DNA of 64,000 nt from Zootoca vivipara (Eukaryota). Under the pieces are notes generated by a model, which ran no database searches, was not told the DNA's origin, and was given only the letters and a program-made list of their open reading frames with translations. Shown here piece by piece: positions 12,427-24,499 of this stretch. The stretch covers positions 29,388,001-29,452,000 of the forward strand of contig NC_083286.1 of the NCBI RefSeq assembly GCF_963506605.1, written 5' to 3'. Position 1 is the stretch's first letter, and every line of letters begins with the position of its first letter. The position numbers and the translations under genes were made by a program.

Positions 12427-13929
12427 TATATTCTTTCAGGACTTTAGTTCCAGGAACCAACCTTCCTTCCTTCCTGTTACTTTCCACCTAAGGAAAATGT
12501 GGTCCCCCGGCCAGGTAGTTCAGTCAATAGCATAGGAGCCAACTCCTAGAGGCCGAGGTCCCTTTGGCTCCCCAAAGTTGAGGGGCATTGCCATTCAAAT
12601 GGTGTGTATGTGTTGTGTCTTGTGATCGCATGGTGCCTCTCCCTGTCATAAAAAAAACCTGAATGGCTTCTGGCATGAGGGGGGGTTGTTTGTTTCTGTA
12701 TTTCTTGTTTTATTAAATTTCTCTTTTGTGACGTTATGCAAAAGGTGTATCATTGAAAAACCAATTAAGAACCCTGACAAAAAGAAATAGTGGATGTTAG
12801 ATTGCAAAGTCTGCAAATTAATTTTTGCTTTGATGGCTGCCTGTAAAACTCTGGCAACCACCTCTGTTTGCATATTGTGTAATCCCTTCCCTAAAAAACA
12901 AAACAAAATTTAAAAGTTTATGCCATTAAAAAACATGTTAGTCCTTTTAAACAGAGACTGGGAACACACAGTCTCCACTTAAAAAAACAATGTGATGATA
13001 CAAAGTATCTGAGGCTTCTCCATTTGTTGTCTTGAAAACATCAGGCTGATCTTAATGTTTATTGAGACGCACACAACATTTTTATCAATAGGATGTTGTT
13101 GCATGTGAGTGCATTTATATTGCAACTGGTCCAGCAAAGGAAAATTAAATTGACCAGGCTCTTCTTGCTAAGTGTTGGCTTTCTGCCAAGTTCCTCAAAT
13201 TCAGTGAGTTTTATTATTCTTGGTGATAATAGTAGCAATACTACATCCAGCCTCACGACAACAATTTTATTTTTCTCTTTGCTTATTGAGGAACAGTGCC
13301 AGTGTTTACAGCGATTTTTCTACTACATTGCTGCTTTTCTCAGATGGACAACTGCTTTATGTCAGACAAGGCCTGGTCAGTGTCAACAGGAGCCTGTCAT
13401 TATCATCCCACAACCTCTTCTTCCTGCCCTTCTGTGAAAGGTTATTGCTGCATGACACAAGGCACTCCAAAGCCATTCCAGAAGACTCCACATGCTGCCT
13501 GCATAGTGGTTTAAACCTCTACAGATCTTAAGGGTGAAAATTAGATGGTCTCATCTTGCTTTAAATGATGTCCCCTCCAGCTCAGCTTTGATTTTGCCTT
13601 TAAAAGAAATTTGCTCTTAATACAGAAGATATAGCAAGAATAGGTCCTAATTGTGTGGTTGGGCATTCCCTTTCCTTCTTTGTACTGAGCTGCACACTTT
13701 GAAAAAGGCCTCAGAGGAGGACAAAACGCAACTGAAAGCAGCAGCAGCGGCCTCCAGTTTGTTTGTTTGTTTTCAAGTCTTGCCTTTTTCCTTTTACTGG
13801 CATGGCATGAATGAAGACAGAAGACAAGGGGGACTTGAAAGAAAAAACGTGGGCGGAGGAAAGGAGCTTAGAGAAGGAAAGAGTGACTAACACTGCTTGA
13901 TCTTAATAGGTTATGTGCTAAGTAATAAT

Positions 13930-15223
13930 AATAAAAAAGACCACGGGGTTGTGTGCAGCGACCGCTTTTCCAGCACAACTTCACAAGCCTTGGCATTGTA
14001 CCAAAAAGTTGGTGTAAGATCCTGTGAAGCAGAGTGCGGGTGGTCCAAAAGAAGGGTGCCATTGAATTTCATCCTAGGGGGTCTTATGAGAGTATGAACA
14101 GCAAACACAGAACAACTATATGCCAATATACAGTACATCGCTTTGCGTGCAGGTACCAAGGTTGTGGGAAGCAATCAAAACGTCACTGCCAGTCCTGTAT
14201 ACAGTAGTTATGAGTGACCAGCCATGTTCTGTGCATTGATAATTATGGGCTCCCAAGAGACTGGTGATATAGCACACAACATGATAGGTGCAGATTTCAC
14301 AATAGTGATAAATGTTAAATGACGAATTATCAAAAGAAAAGTGTTTTGTAGGGAGTTCTGCTGATGAAAAGTAAGAGATGTTCCTTTGTCAAGAAGGGTA
14401 TTTGGATGGCTTGAATATTATACAGCAGGCAGTTTTTTGACTTTATTGGCAGAGATTATTGAAATAACTTTCCTCCCAAGTCCTTCGCAACAAAGACAAG
14501 TTATGTGCCCAATATCAAAGGAAAGTTACATGCTAGATATCAAAGAAATTTTCCCAATGGAGACAAGTGAATTTGCAAATAAAGGTTCTGAAGGATAGCA
14601 CAGTTCAGAATATGAGCACAGTGGACATTTTACAAAGAGGATGTTTCATCAATACAATGGATTGTTTTGTGTTAAGTTCTGACTTAGACACTTGTCACAA
14701 TAACCCATATAATGGTGAGGAAAGGGCACATTGTTCCCAAGCTCTTTGGAAGTTTTATGTTGTAACTATCTGCAAAGAATGAGAAGAAGAATTCACAACA
14801 CTGCCAACCACAAACAGATTTCCACAGTGAGACTGTAATGGTCAAAGAATAATAGCAACGGCCACTTACCAGACAACCGAGAGGATTTAGCAATAATTGC
14901 TTCTTTCCCACCTCTTACATTTTCTCTGTTATCTCCAAAGTGGTTAAACATCAATACAGGGTAGTAGCAAATACAAACCTGAATGTTTGATATATTACTA
15001 GAACCAGTAGTAGTTTTGTTTAGTCGTTTAGTCATGTCCAACTCTTCATGACCCCATGGACCAGAGCATGCCAGGCACTCCTGTCTTCCACCTCAATTTT
15101 CAAAACCTTGAAACCAAAAAAGTATTTGCTGGCAAATTTAAATGCTTCATCAAATCTAATGTGGACCCTAATTTTCAAGACATAATTTGGCCAAAACAGG
15201 TGTGCATGACATTTGACTAATAC

Positions 15224-15226
<3 letters not shown>
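13930..15226 (+). mobile_element. Possible highly decayed pogo-like transposase fossil
   Basis: Short translated patches (HRTTICQ near 14107-14127; DILQRG-CFINTMD near 14625-14663) resemble pogo transposase motifs. The 3' end resembles an ...aatacggta terminus. Many stops and frameshifts. Confidence 0.3.
15007..15091 (-). mobile_element. RTE/BovB-type LINE 3' end fragment
   Basis: gttgtttagtcgtttagtcatgtccaactcttcatgaccccatggaccagagcatgccaggc-like sequence is the reverse complement of the BovB/RTE-type tail. Confidence 0.7.

Positions 15227-15277
<51 letters not shown>
15226..15277. repeat. (TAT)n microsatellite
   Basis: Directly visible. Confidence 0.95.
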
Positions 15278-15279
<2 letters not shown>

Positions 15280-15581
15280 ATTTGTATACAACCCTTCATC
15301 CAAAGATCACAGGGCAGGTTCACAACCAATTAATCAATTTTGCAAACAGATGCTTCTGCCCAACTTCTTTTACACTTTAGAAGAGAAACTAAAGGAGAAT
15401 AGACAACTCTTTCCTCCTTTAGCATTTCCATCAAGTGACATTTCAGCAGCAGAAATATCTCAAAGAGATCTTTGCTTAGCACCAGGATAAATTATGCATT
15501 CATTGGATTCTGAGGCCAAAACCTAATCGCTCCATGCAGTGATTAGTGTTTAAATTAAACTAAGTGAACAGAGTGGAGATG

Positions 15582-15671
15582 CATAGCTGCCAAGTTATCC
15601 CTTTTTTACAGGGATTTTCCCTTATGCTGAATAGGCTTCCTTGCGAGAAAAGTGAAAACTTGGCAGCTATG
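15582..15671. mobile_element. 90-bp hAT-like MITE (copy 2, opposite orientation)
   Basis: Same TIRs as 10775-10864; flanking repeat gagatg. Confidence 0.85.
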
Positions 15672-15685
15672 GAGATGGCACATAA

Positions 15686-16010
15686 TAACATAAGAACATA
15701 AGAAGCACCTGCTGAATCAGGTCAGTGACCCATCTGGTCCAGCATCCTGTTCTCACCGTGGCCAACCAGATACCTATGAGCAGGGGTGGATTTAGGGGAG
15801 TGTGACACTGGGCACACACCCTTGAGGGCACTGCAGGGGGCGTCACAACAATGATGTATAATGGAAGGTGAGAGGCGGAAGGGTGCTAAATTTTAGCAGC
15901 GCCACATAAATTTGATACCAAGGTTCTCCATTGCTGTGAGAAACCCACAAGCAGGACCTGAGCACGAGAGCACTCTCTCCCAGCAACTGGTCCTCAGAAG
16001 CATCACTGCC
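15686..16010 (-). mobile_element. CR1-type 3' fragment interrupted by a hAT-like insert (15781-15933)
   Basis: ataagaacataagaa tail plus gacccatctggtccagcatcctg; insert cagggg...ccattg flanked by ctatgag/ctgtgag. Confidence 0.55.
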
Positions 16011-16969
16011 TACTTCTTTTAATCAGCAAAACATCTGCATCTACAAATGGGCAATGAAGTCAGCCCTACCTTGAGGTGCAGCAAGCCAGCTACCAAATGT
16101 GGCAATTTTGGATGCCCTTGAAAGGATGTCAAGGTGTCAGTTACTATGTATGTCTTTATTGCAGTTTAAATACTTTGGGTTGTGTCCAAAGGTAATGTAA
16201 GCAAAAGGCAGCTTTCTCGGCCAAGCTTTCTCTCCAGCCCCCTGTAACCTCCCCAGAAAAGCTTGTTCAGAGGGTTAGAAGGACCTGCTAAGCACTGTGG
16301 TTTGTGAAGTATGGGGTTGTGGTGGGAGGAGAGAGATCTTGTGAAATTGGGCAGGAGAATCTTACATGAGCCATGTGTGTGTGTGTGCGTGCACACACTC
16401 TTAAAGAGACCATACATAACAAACTTCTTAAGTGTTTTAAAATTAATTCTTGTTGTGTGTGTGTTTCAAATGAAGTTATTTATTAACTTATGCCACTCTT
16501 ATAGTCTTCTTCATTATTGTTATCAGAGTGGACTCCGCTGTTGGAAGCAATAAACCTCTGGATACCAGTTGCTAGGGATAGCAAATGCAGAGGGTGTCAT
16601 ATCCTGCTTGCAGGCTTCCCAGGGACATCTGGATGGCCATCGAAAGAACAGGATGCCAGACTAAATGGGCCTTTGGCCTGACTCAGGAGGGTTATTATGT
16701 TTTTAATGGTTTGCAACTTAAATAATAAATATTATAGTCCTCAAGGAGACCTTATCACAATTCTGCAGAATCAAGATAAGTTATGCTGCCACAACTCTAA
16801 ACCATTTCAATTTTCTCAATAACTCACAATTCAACCTATAAAGCAGTTGAGGTTTGTTATAACAAAATAACTGGTCTGAAACATGAATATAGTAAAGAAA
16901 TCAGCAGCGCTGACATGCACCGTGGGTGCCCAGTGCATGTGTGCCGCACTGAGATGTGATGACTTAGCC

Positions 16970-17219
16970 CAGGGGTCAGCAAACTTTTCCAGCAGGGGGC
17001 CGGTCCACTGTCCCTCAGACCTTGTGGGGGGCCGGACTATATTTTGGAAAAAAAAATGAACACATTCTTATGCCCCACAAATAACCCAGAGATGCATTTT
17101 AAATAAAAGAACACATTCTACTCATGTAAAAACATGCTGATTCCCGGTCCATCCGCGGGCCAGATTTAGAAGGCGATTGGGCCGCATCCGGCCCCTGGGC
17201 CTTAGTTTGGGGACCCCTG
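16970..17219. mobile_element. 250-bp hAT MITE
   Basis: TIRs CAGGGGTCAGCAAACT...AGTTTGGGGACCCCTG; perfect 8-bp TSD acttagcc. Confidence 0.9.
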
Positions 17220-20200
17220 ACTTAGCCCCATAAGAGAGTCTCCCAAAGTCTTGTAAACAAGGAGAGCTTCAAAGCTCTGCACCTTGCTTGCAAGGTAAGA
17301 CCCATTTGGTGTGCTGGGTCTGGAAGTTAAGATTGCTCATGCAGAATGTGGTATGACGATATGCATTTTTATGTATATGCTCCATCCCAGGAAAGTAATC
17401 CCTGCGGAAGATGCGAGCTCACTGTACTCACCATCACACTTATTTATTTTATTGCATCTTTTATTATTATTATGGAGAAAGCCTCATTTGCTAAAGTGAC
17501 CAAAAGGTTTGAGCTGACCCTAGGGGCAGGGGTGGAGAACATGTGTTCTTCAGATGCTGTTGGACTATGTCTCCCATCATCCCTTACCATTGGCCATGGT
17601 GGCTGGGGCTCATTGGCGGTCAAGCCCCATAACATCTGGAGGAGTGCAGAGTCCATACCCCTGCCCTAGCAGATAACATATCAATAAGTACATTACCACA
17701 CCATTTGTATTAGCTAGCAACATGTCATGTTTCCTTGACATTTCTTGTTGCTTCAGTGATCCTACACATATACTGGGTTTCCCCATATGCTTTTTTCTTC
17801 ATAGCTCCCTTAACAAATACAGTAGGTTGTTCTAGCAGATCAATATACCTTACTCCACTAAGCAACGTGATTGCATCCCATGGGATTTTTATTGAGACAA
17901 ATGCATATTATGAGTGCACGGACTGAAATGCAGTCCGATTATAATTCCTCCCATGCCACTGCCACAAGACCTAATCAGATTAACACTGCAAATTATACGA
18001 AAAGTCTGAAATGCTACTACCTTTTTGTCTCTGCTTCAATATTTCGTTCATTTTCTGCTCGATTTTTCATTTTGTATTTTAATGTATTGTATTTTAATGT
18101 TCTGTTGGAAGCCGCCCAGAGTGGCTGGGGAAACCCAGCCAGATGGGTGAAGTATAAATAAATTATTATTATTATTATTATTATTATTATAAAATGATAC
18201 AGATTAAAGTGGTTTTTTTTTTACAAAATATGTAAAAATATTAAAGGCAAACTTTTCAAGAGCTGGAAATGCTTTGGTTGTGAGAAAAAATAAAGTTTGA
18301 AGTAGTCATTAGTAAAACTTTGCTAAAAAGGTGGAGGGGGGAATTACTTGAAGCAAATGAAAAAAAAAAGCTTTAATTTGGCCAGGAGCAACATATGTCT
18401 CGAGGTACTTTCTTTGTGTACACAAAGTAAAATTAGGACAAGCAGCACTATCTAAAATCCACGTCAGACTGCCTACAATGATCTTGATCTTTTAAGTTGC
18501 TCCCTCTTTATACGCACCATGTGTGGCGCTTCCCTGTGGTTTGTTATTTTTTTTCAATAGCAGGAGGAGGAAACGAACAATGCTCAGCAACCACACTGCA
18601 TAGCGCGGGGTAACCATGGAAGCAATTGTCCACTTGCTAGGGCCTCTCCAGAATGATCCAGCCATTCATTTCATTGAATCAATATTGAAGCTTTTAAGGA
18701 TTTATTATTCGGGAGCTGGGACAAAACTAATGAAACCCAAAAAGACTGGCTTCTTTTTTCTCCCCATATTCAATCCGTTTGGTCACGTTAAACATATTTG
18801 TACCTTGCAAACTCTTTTAGTTTCTTGCAGGATGAGCTACATTATGGCTTATGAAGAGTCATAAGATGTTGGCATTAACATTCCTGATACTCCATGAAAG
18901 GAAACCTATGGATTTCTAAAGCATTCTGCCAGTCTTCTAAAAAGGAGGAGTCCAATGCTGACACAAAAGGGGCAAAAGAATGAGGGTGGAGCAAATCTGA
19001 CTTAAAATGCACAAGGAAAGCTTTTAAAAACATTTTGCTTATTTTAGAAGGCTCCTCCAACCCCTGCACATACTGTTGAACTATGCACCTCTGAACTTTT
19101 TTTTAGAAGGGCTTTCAAAACATTTAAAATAAAACAATTGATTTCTAAGGCTACATATATTGACTGTGTTTGAATGTCATAGTAAGCATAGCTGAGATTC
19201 CTGCATTGTAGGGGTGACCCTCATGGTCCTTCCAACTCTATAATTCTATGGACAGCTTGACCCAGTTTTATTCCTGCTTCCTCGAGAGCAGATGCAACAA
19301 ACCACAATCCTTGATTTACGGGATTGTGTCCAAACGAGGATTGTGGTTTGCTCAAATTAGGCCTATATTACTTTTGGGCAGGGTATCTTTCCAACCCCAA
19401 CTCCAGGAAGCCAATACAGAACCACCACAAAACCCTAAAAACAGATCAAATAGTACATCTGATATAAATACTGTTTTTCATAGCTGTTTCTTGCCTGTCT
19501 ACCTAAGGTTTGTAGAACAACATGCATAACAACAATGTTTTATGAGCAGCAACAGCTACAATAATGCAGGTAATAATAATTAGCACTAGTTATTGTATAT
19601 TGGCAACTGCTAGGTGACAAAATTCACTTCAACACGTGGTAAAATTATGTTGGCCAAGCTACCCTAGGAGAGCTTGGTCATCTGAATGAGCTCTAGATTA
19701 GCTGCTCATATGATTGAGCTGTATTTTTTCGCTTAAAATTGCTTTTGCAAAGCAATAGTCTCCTGCCTTTTCCAATTATTTAACTCCTTTCTTCCTTGAA
19801 GATACTAGTAGGATTGTCGAATACGTCCCTCATTTGCAAATTCTGATTTCAAACCCAGGCAAGTAGTGAAGGGCAAGGAAACTGGGTTCCTACAGTTGCA
19901 CATACAGGTGTCACGCAATGATTAATACTGACCCTGTTAACTCACTTAATATGCACTGTTAGGATAAGTGAAGTAATTTACATAGGGAAGGAGAAAGGCT
20001 GTATTCACATTAGTATTCATAGGTTGTGCAGCTACTGTCCTGTTCATCAAGTTGAAAATATACCCTTTTGTATGGTGATGGGAAAATGTCATTAGGTACA
20101 AATGGTTACAGAAAGGAGTGTAGCAGGGTCACAGCAAATCCCCCGTATTTTGTTTTCCTTGAGGAAGCGCTCTGCTCTAGCAATGCTTATTTTATCCAAT

Positions 20201-21062
20201 AGTGTCCGTAGCATCTGTCTAGAGGAAAGAAATGCTGGGATTCCCTTAACCTGACCTTCCCTTGCTATACCACCCAATATTTTAAAAGTAATGTTCTACT
20301 AAAGATACATCAGCAGTGATCTGTGGCACGATGGACAACCAGCTTTGTCATAGGAATTACTGAGGAGAGTCTACAAACTTCTGTTGGTTTTCACCCACAG
20401 CTATGTGACTGGTGTTAAAAAGCTGTTTTTCAAAAACAATGCATGAGGGCTGAGTTCTCAGTTTCTTTGCTGTTGACAATTCCGCTTTTTTTCATGGTCA
20501 TGTCCAAAAAGGGATTTGGCTGAAAGTTTCTCTAGCTGTCACTTTGTGGTTGATTTATGCCATGTTGTTTGCAATTCAAAGATGTTTACGTTATTCTGGT
20601 TGTATTCTGAAAGTTACCTTGAGTTCACTTGGTGAAAAAAGGCAGGTTTTAAGTTCTTAAAATAACACAAAATACTTTTTAAAAAGGGTTTCAAATGTGC
20701 CTTGTCAATAGGTGGATAACATTAACAGTTGACATTTCTCTTTAGCCACTAAGCTTTTCTGCCATCTACAGACATCACAAGGAAAATGAACTGTTCTGTT
20801 TAGAAAGATCATTTCAATTCCTCAATTAACAGGCAAATCAGCTAAGCTTTTCTCCTCATGCTTTTCTTTGGGGAAGGCAGGCAGATTATTAATTCCTACA
20901 AGTAAATCATAGTTACTAAATGAGTATTAATCAATGTATAAGCATATATTAACTAACATTCAGATTATTAGCTTAGAATGATCAATGTACACAGTGTCTG
21001 TTGTTAAGAGGAATCCCTGATCTGGACCTTGTGCGGAAATGAATTCAATCCACCAGTGTGGT

Positions 21063-21324
21063 GAGAGCCAGTGTGGTGTAGTGGTTAAGAGCGGTGGACT
21101 TGTAATCTGGTGAAACAGGTTCGTGTCTCCGCTCCTCCACATGCAGCTGCTGGGTGACCTTGGGCTAGTCTCACTTCTCTGAAGTCTCTCAGCCTCACCT
21201 CACAGAGTGTTTGTTGTGGGGGAGGAAGGGAGATTGTTGTGGGGGAAAAGGAGATTGTTAGCCGCTTTGAGACTCCTTAGGGTAGTGATGAAGCAGGATA
21301 TCAAATCCAAACTCCTCTTCTTCT
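21063..21324 (+). mobile_element. tRNA-derived SINE (Squam3-like)
   Basis: gagagccagtgtggtgtagtggttaagagc (A box), aggttcgtgtctcc (B box-like), tgggtgaccttgggctagtc core, (CTT)-like tail. Confidence 0.8.
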
Positions 21325-21540
21325 ACCATAAGAATGTGCTTCAAAGCTTTACTGCAGAACAGTCTTAAATACCAGTTACAATAAGATAAACGGTATGAGT
21401 TTAGGGACTTTGAGCAGCATCATGGGAGGCGTGTTTTTAGGATTAAGGTTTGAAACTGTGAAACTCCCTGATTATTTTTGCTATTGGATGCTGCATATTG
21501 TTTAAGTAGTTGTATACATACATATACGTAGAGTAGTTGT

Positions 21541-21552
21541 ATACATACATAC

Positions 21553-21598
<46 letters not shown>
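21541..21598. repeat. (TACA)/(TA)n(GA)n compound microsatellite
   Basis: Directly visible. Confidence 0.9.
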
Positions 21599-21603
<5 letters not shown>

Positions 21604-22589
21604 ATCAAAATGTGGCTTTTTGTATGTTATTTGTACAGTATTTGCTATAGTTTTGCTATGCCATTATGAAATTGTTATTATGCTACTGTTTTGCTATGTT
21701 ATTATGTTTGTTTGAAATGTAGTTTTCTTTGTTGTAAACCTCTGAACATGTTTTGTGTTTTTTTTGGTGCAAAAGTGGCATATAAATAAAATGAATAATA
21801 TTTAAAATGTTTGCAAACAAAAAAAACCAACAATTTTTTTGTATGAAGTAAGATCCAAGTTCTAAAGATGAAAAAATCCTGCTTTTTTGCTCTTGCTTTT
21901 TAATGTTTTGGTAGACACGGTACACCCCAGTCAGATGCACTAAAATCCTGGATAGCTGAATTGCTTTCTATGGGACAGCAATCACTTCTCTGCAAGAGAA
22001 AATGAAGAGAAAAGGCTTAAGAACAAACCAATAAGATGTTGGAAGTGATGAAATGCAACTCAGATTACACTGAAGGCTGATGTGTCTACATAGAAAAAAG
22101 GAGAGAGAGGAACCTCCAGGTTTTGTAGAGTTGACTGTCCTTCTTCCTGACCTAACCTTCTTCCTTGTCTCAGGTATGCTACTCCAGCACGGATTCAGTA
22201 TTCAGGTATGAAGAAGGAGGAGCATCAACATAGTATTAGACTGCTTGGGAAGTACCATGGGGAGATTTAGGCAGCTGTGGGAAAGTGGGGACCTTTAGCC
22301 TCCACAACTGCCTCATAGACCTACTGAGAAGAGTTGCTGTGCTCATTAGGCCTGGTGCTTCTAAGCTGGCTGTGTTTCTTGTAATAGTGTTAATTTCACT
22401 TACTCCATGTGATTTATTCCTGACACCCTCTTCTTGTCTGACATTGAGCTTTAAAGGGCTTTCTCTTTCTTTTTCTTTGCACCAGAGTTTTCCCTGCAAA
22501 AACCCAATGCTGAATTGGAGCATGCAATGTGCAGAAAACCTGAATTGCTGCTTGTTGCACTTGTTATAAAATCATATTGGGGTGGGTGG

Positions 22590-23999
22590 GTTGCAGGACA
22601 CCATTACTAATGAACAGAGAGGGGGTGACTGAATCAGACAGCTGCAGTTACCCAGAATCCCTCGCAACACCACCTTCTTCGCCTCTGCTCCACTCCAGAG
22701 ACCCCTCCCGCTCGGATGCAACCCTGCCCTAAGGATCAGCATATGCAAACATCTCCCAACTATGCCATAAACTCACACATTTCCCCTCTCCACCTCCCCT
22801 CCGCCCAGAACAAAACAATGTTTCCAGAAGAAGGAGGGGAGAAAGCCGCCCAAATCCAAAGTGACACTTTTCTACTCAAGTTAATAATACAGCCTATTAT
22901 ATGCTCTTACCATGAACCCTGCCTTTATTATATGTCCTCTTATTATGAAATCTATCCACTGCCTCTGTATTAGAATTGCTGTCTTATTCATGACGTATGC
23001 TAGGATCTCTCTGTATTAGAATTGCTGTTTATGTCTCAGAACCTTTATATCAGGACTACTACCTTTTGCATAGAATTCTCTGTACAGTGGTGCCGCACTA
23101 GACGAATTTAATTCGTTCCACTGGTCTTCTCTTATAACGAAAAATTTGTCTAGCGAATCCCATAGGAATGCATTGATTTTGGGGGGGATTTTTTTTTGCC
23201 CATAGGAACACATTAATTGAATTTCAATGCATTCCTATGGGAAACCGCGATTCGCTAGACGAATTTTTCGTCAAATGAATTCGTCTAGCGAGGCAACCTC
23301 CGCCAGAAAAAACCTTTCGTTAAGCGAAAATTTCGTTAAGCAGGGCATTCGTTAAGCGAGGCACCACTGTATTAGATATGTCTCCTGTAAAAGGAAATGC
23401 TGCATAACTTGTGCATGACCCCAGCCCACCTGAACCTTGCCCCATCGCCATCCTGATTCAAAAGACACACATGGACAAAGATGGATTAACTGGGACAGTT
23501 TATTCAAACCTCCAGAAGTGTCACCTTTTACATAATCCCAGGGATCATCCTTGCATGACCTGGGGGAAAACACCTGCCGGATGGACCCCAATCGCCAGGA
23601 ATGGCCCCACCTCAACTCCCATCTAGACTGATCAAACAAAGGGAAACCCATCAACAACAGGAGGAGAGCGATTGACATCTCACCATATGAATAAATAGTC
23701 GTCTCTGCACCCAGTTAATCCCATCACCACCCATCCTCCTTGTCCTTCACCTCCCTCCCAGTAAAGGGATTTTCACGTGGGGACAGTAGGGTATAAGAGG
23801 GAGGTTCACCATTTCCCGGGGTCCTTCCTACATTCTTTGAGGCAGGGACCCTACAGCTGTAGTTCTTTCTTTTCTGTAATAAAAGGATCAGTTTGTTTTT
23901 CCTGACAGCATCATGTGGTCTGTCATTTTCCCAGCGGAGCTGAACTTAGTGCAAATTTTGGAGCTTCCGACCCGCGTCTGTCCTTCTTAAAAGGCAACA
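22590..23999 (+). mobile_element. Candidate solo LTR interrupted by a Tigger-like MITE
   Basis: TATA-like gTATAAGAG at 23791, AATAAA at 23878, end ...GGCAACA at 23999 with (g)GTTGC at the left, internal direct repeats (ctctgtattagaattgctgt). No TSD found. Confidence 0.4.
23085..23369. mobile_element. Tigger/pogo-like MITE
   Basis: TIRs CAGTGGTGCCGCAC...CGAGGCACCACTG, TA-flanked; internal dyad cccataggaa...ttcctatggg. Confidence 0.85.
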
Positions 24000-24324
24000 C
24001 ATTTTGGGGTACATTTTTCAGAACACACTACAGCTTTAAATAGCCAGTTATTGCAGGGAAAGCGTCACGGCAAAAAGAAAAAAAGCGGTCCTGTGCCTGG
24101 GAAGCCTGGGGCACAAAGGTAAGTGTGCATATGCTCTAAAGAGCAGATTTTCCCTAGGAAAAGAGTCAGCCAAAGGCAAACCCACTCAGGCCTTAGTTTC
24201 CTTAGCAAGGGACAAGCAGAAGTGTGCATGAGGTTTCCCACCTTGCAGTCGTGCTTCAGGGTTCAACAGTTCAAGTCAGGACAGGACGTCTCAACCCCGG
24301 ACTTTCGTCGTTAACTCTACTGCA

Positions 24325-24430
24325 GCGCAAACAACTCCCATTATCCCTAACTAACAGGATCAGTGGTCAGGGATGATGGGAATTGTAGTCCCAAAACAGC
24401 TGCAGGGCAGAGTTCTATCCCCCACCCCCG
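24325..24430. mobile_element. Degenerate palindromic hAT MITE; related older copies near 4087, 17528, 37515, 39998, 54358 and 60540
   Basis: caactcccattatccctaactaacaggatcagtggtcagggatgatgggaattgtagtc matches the core of the 136-bp MITE. Confidence 0.7.
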
Positions 24431-24499
24431 AAAACCATTCCAACCCACTCGTTTATAGAGAATGGTTAGGACTAGATCCGAGAGTTCAACTAACAAGTT

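Noticed and set aside
13000-13540. Several 65-114 aa ORFs suggesting a retrocopy
   Set aside because: No recognisable protein similarity, poly(A) tail or TSD.
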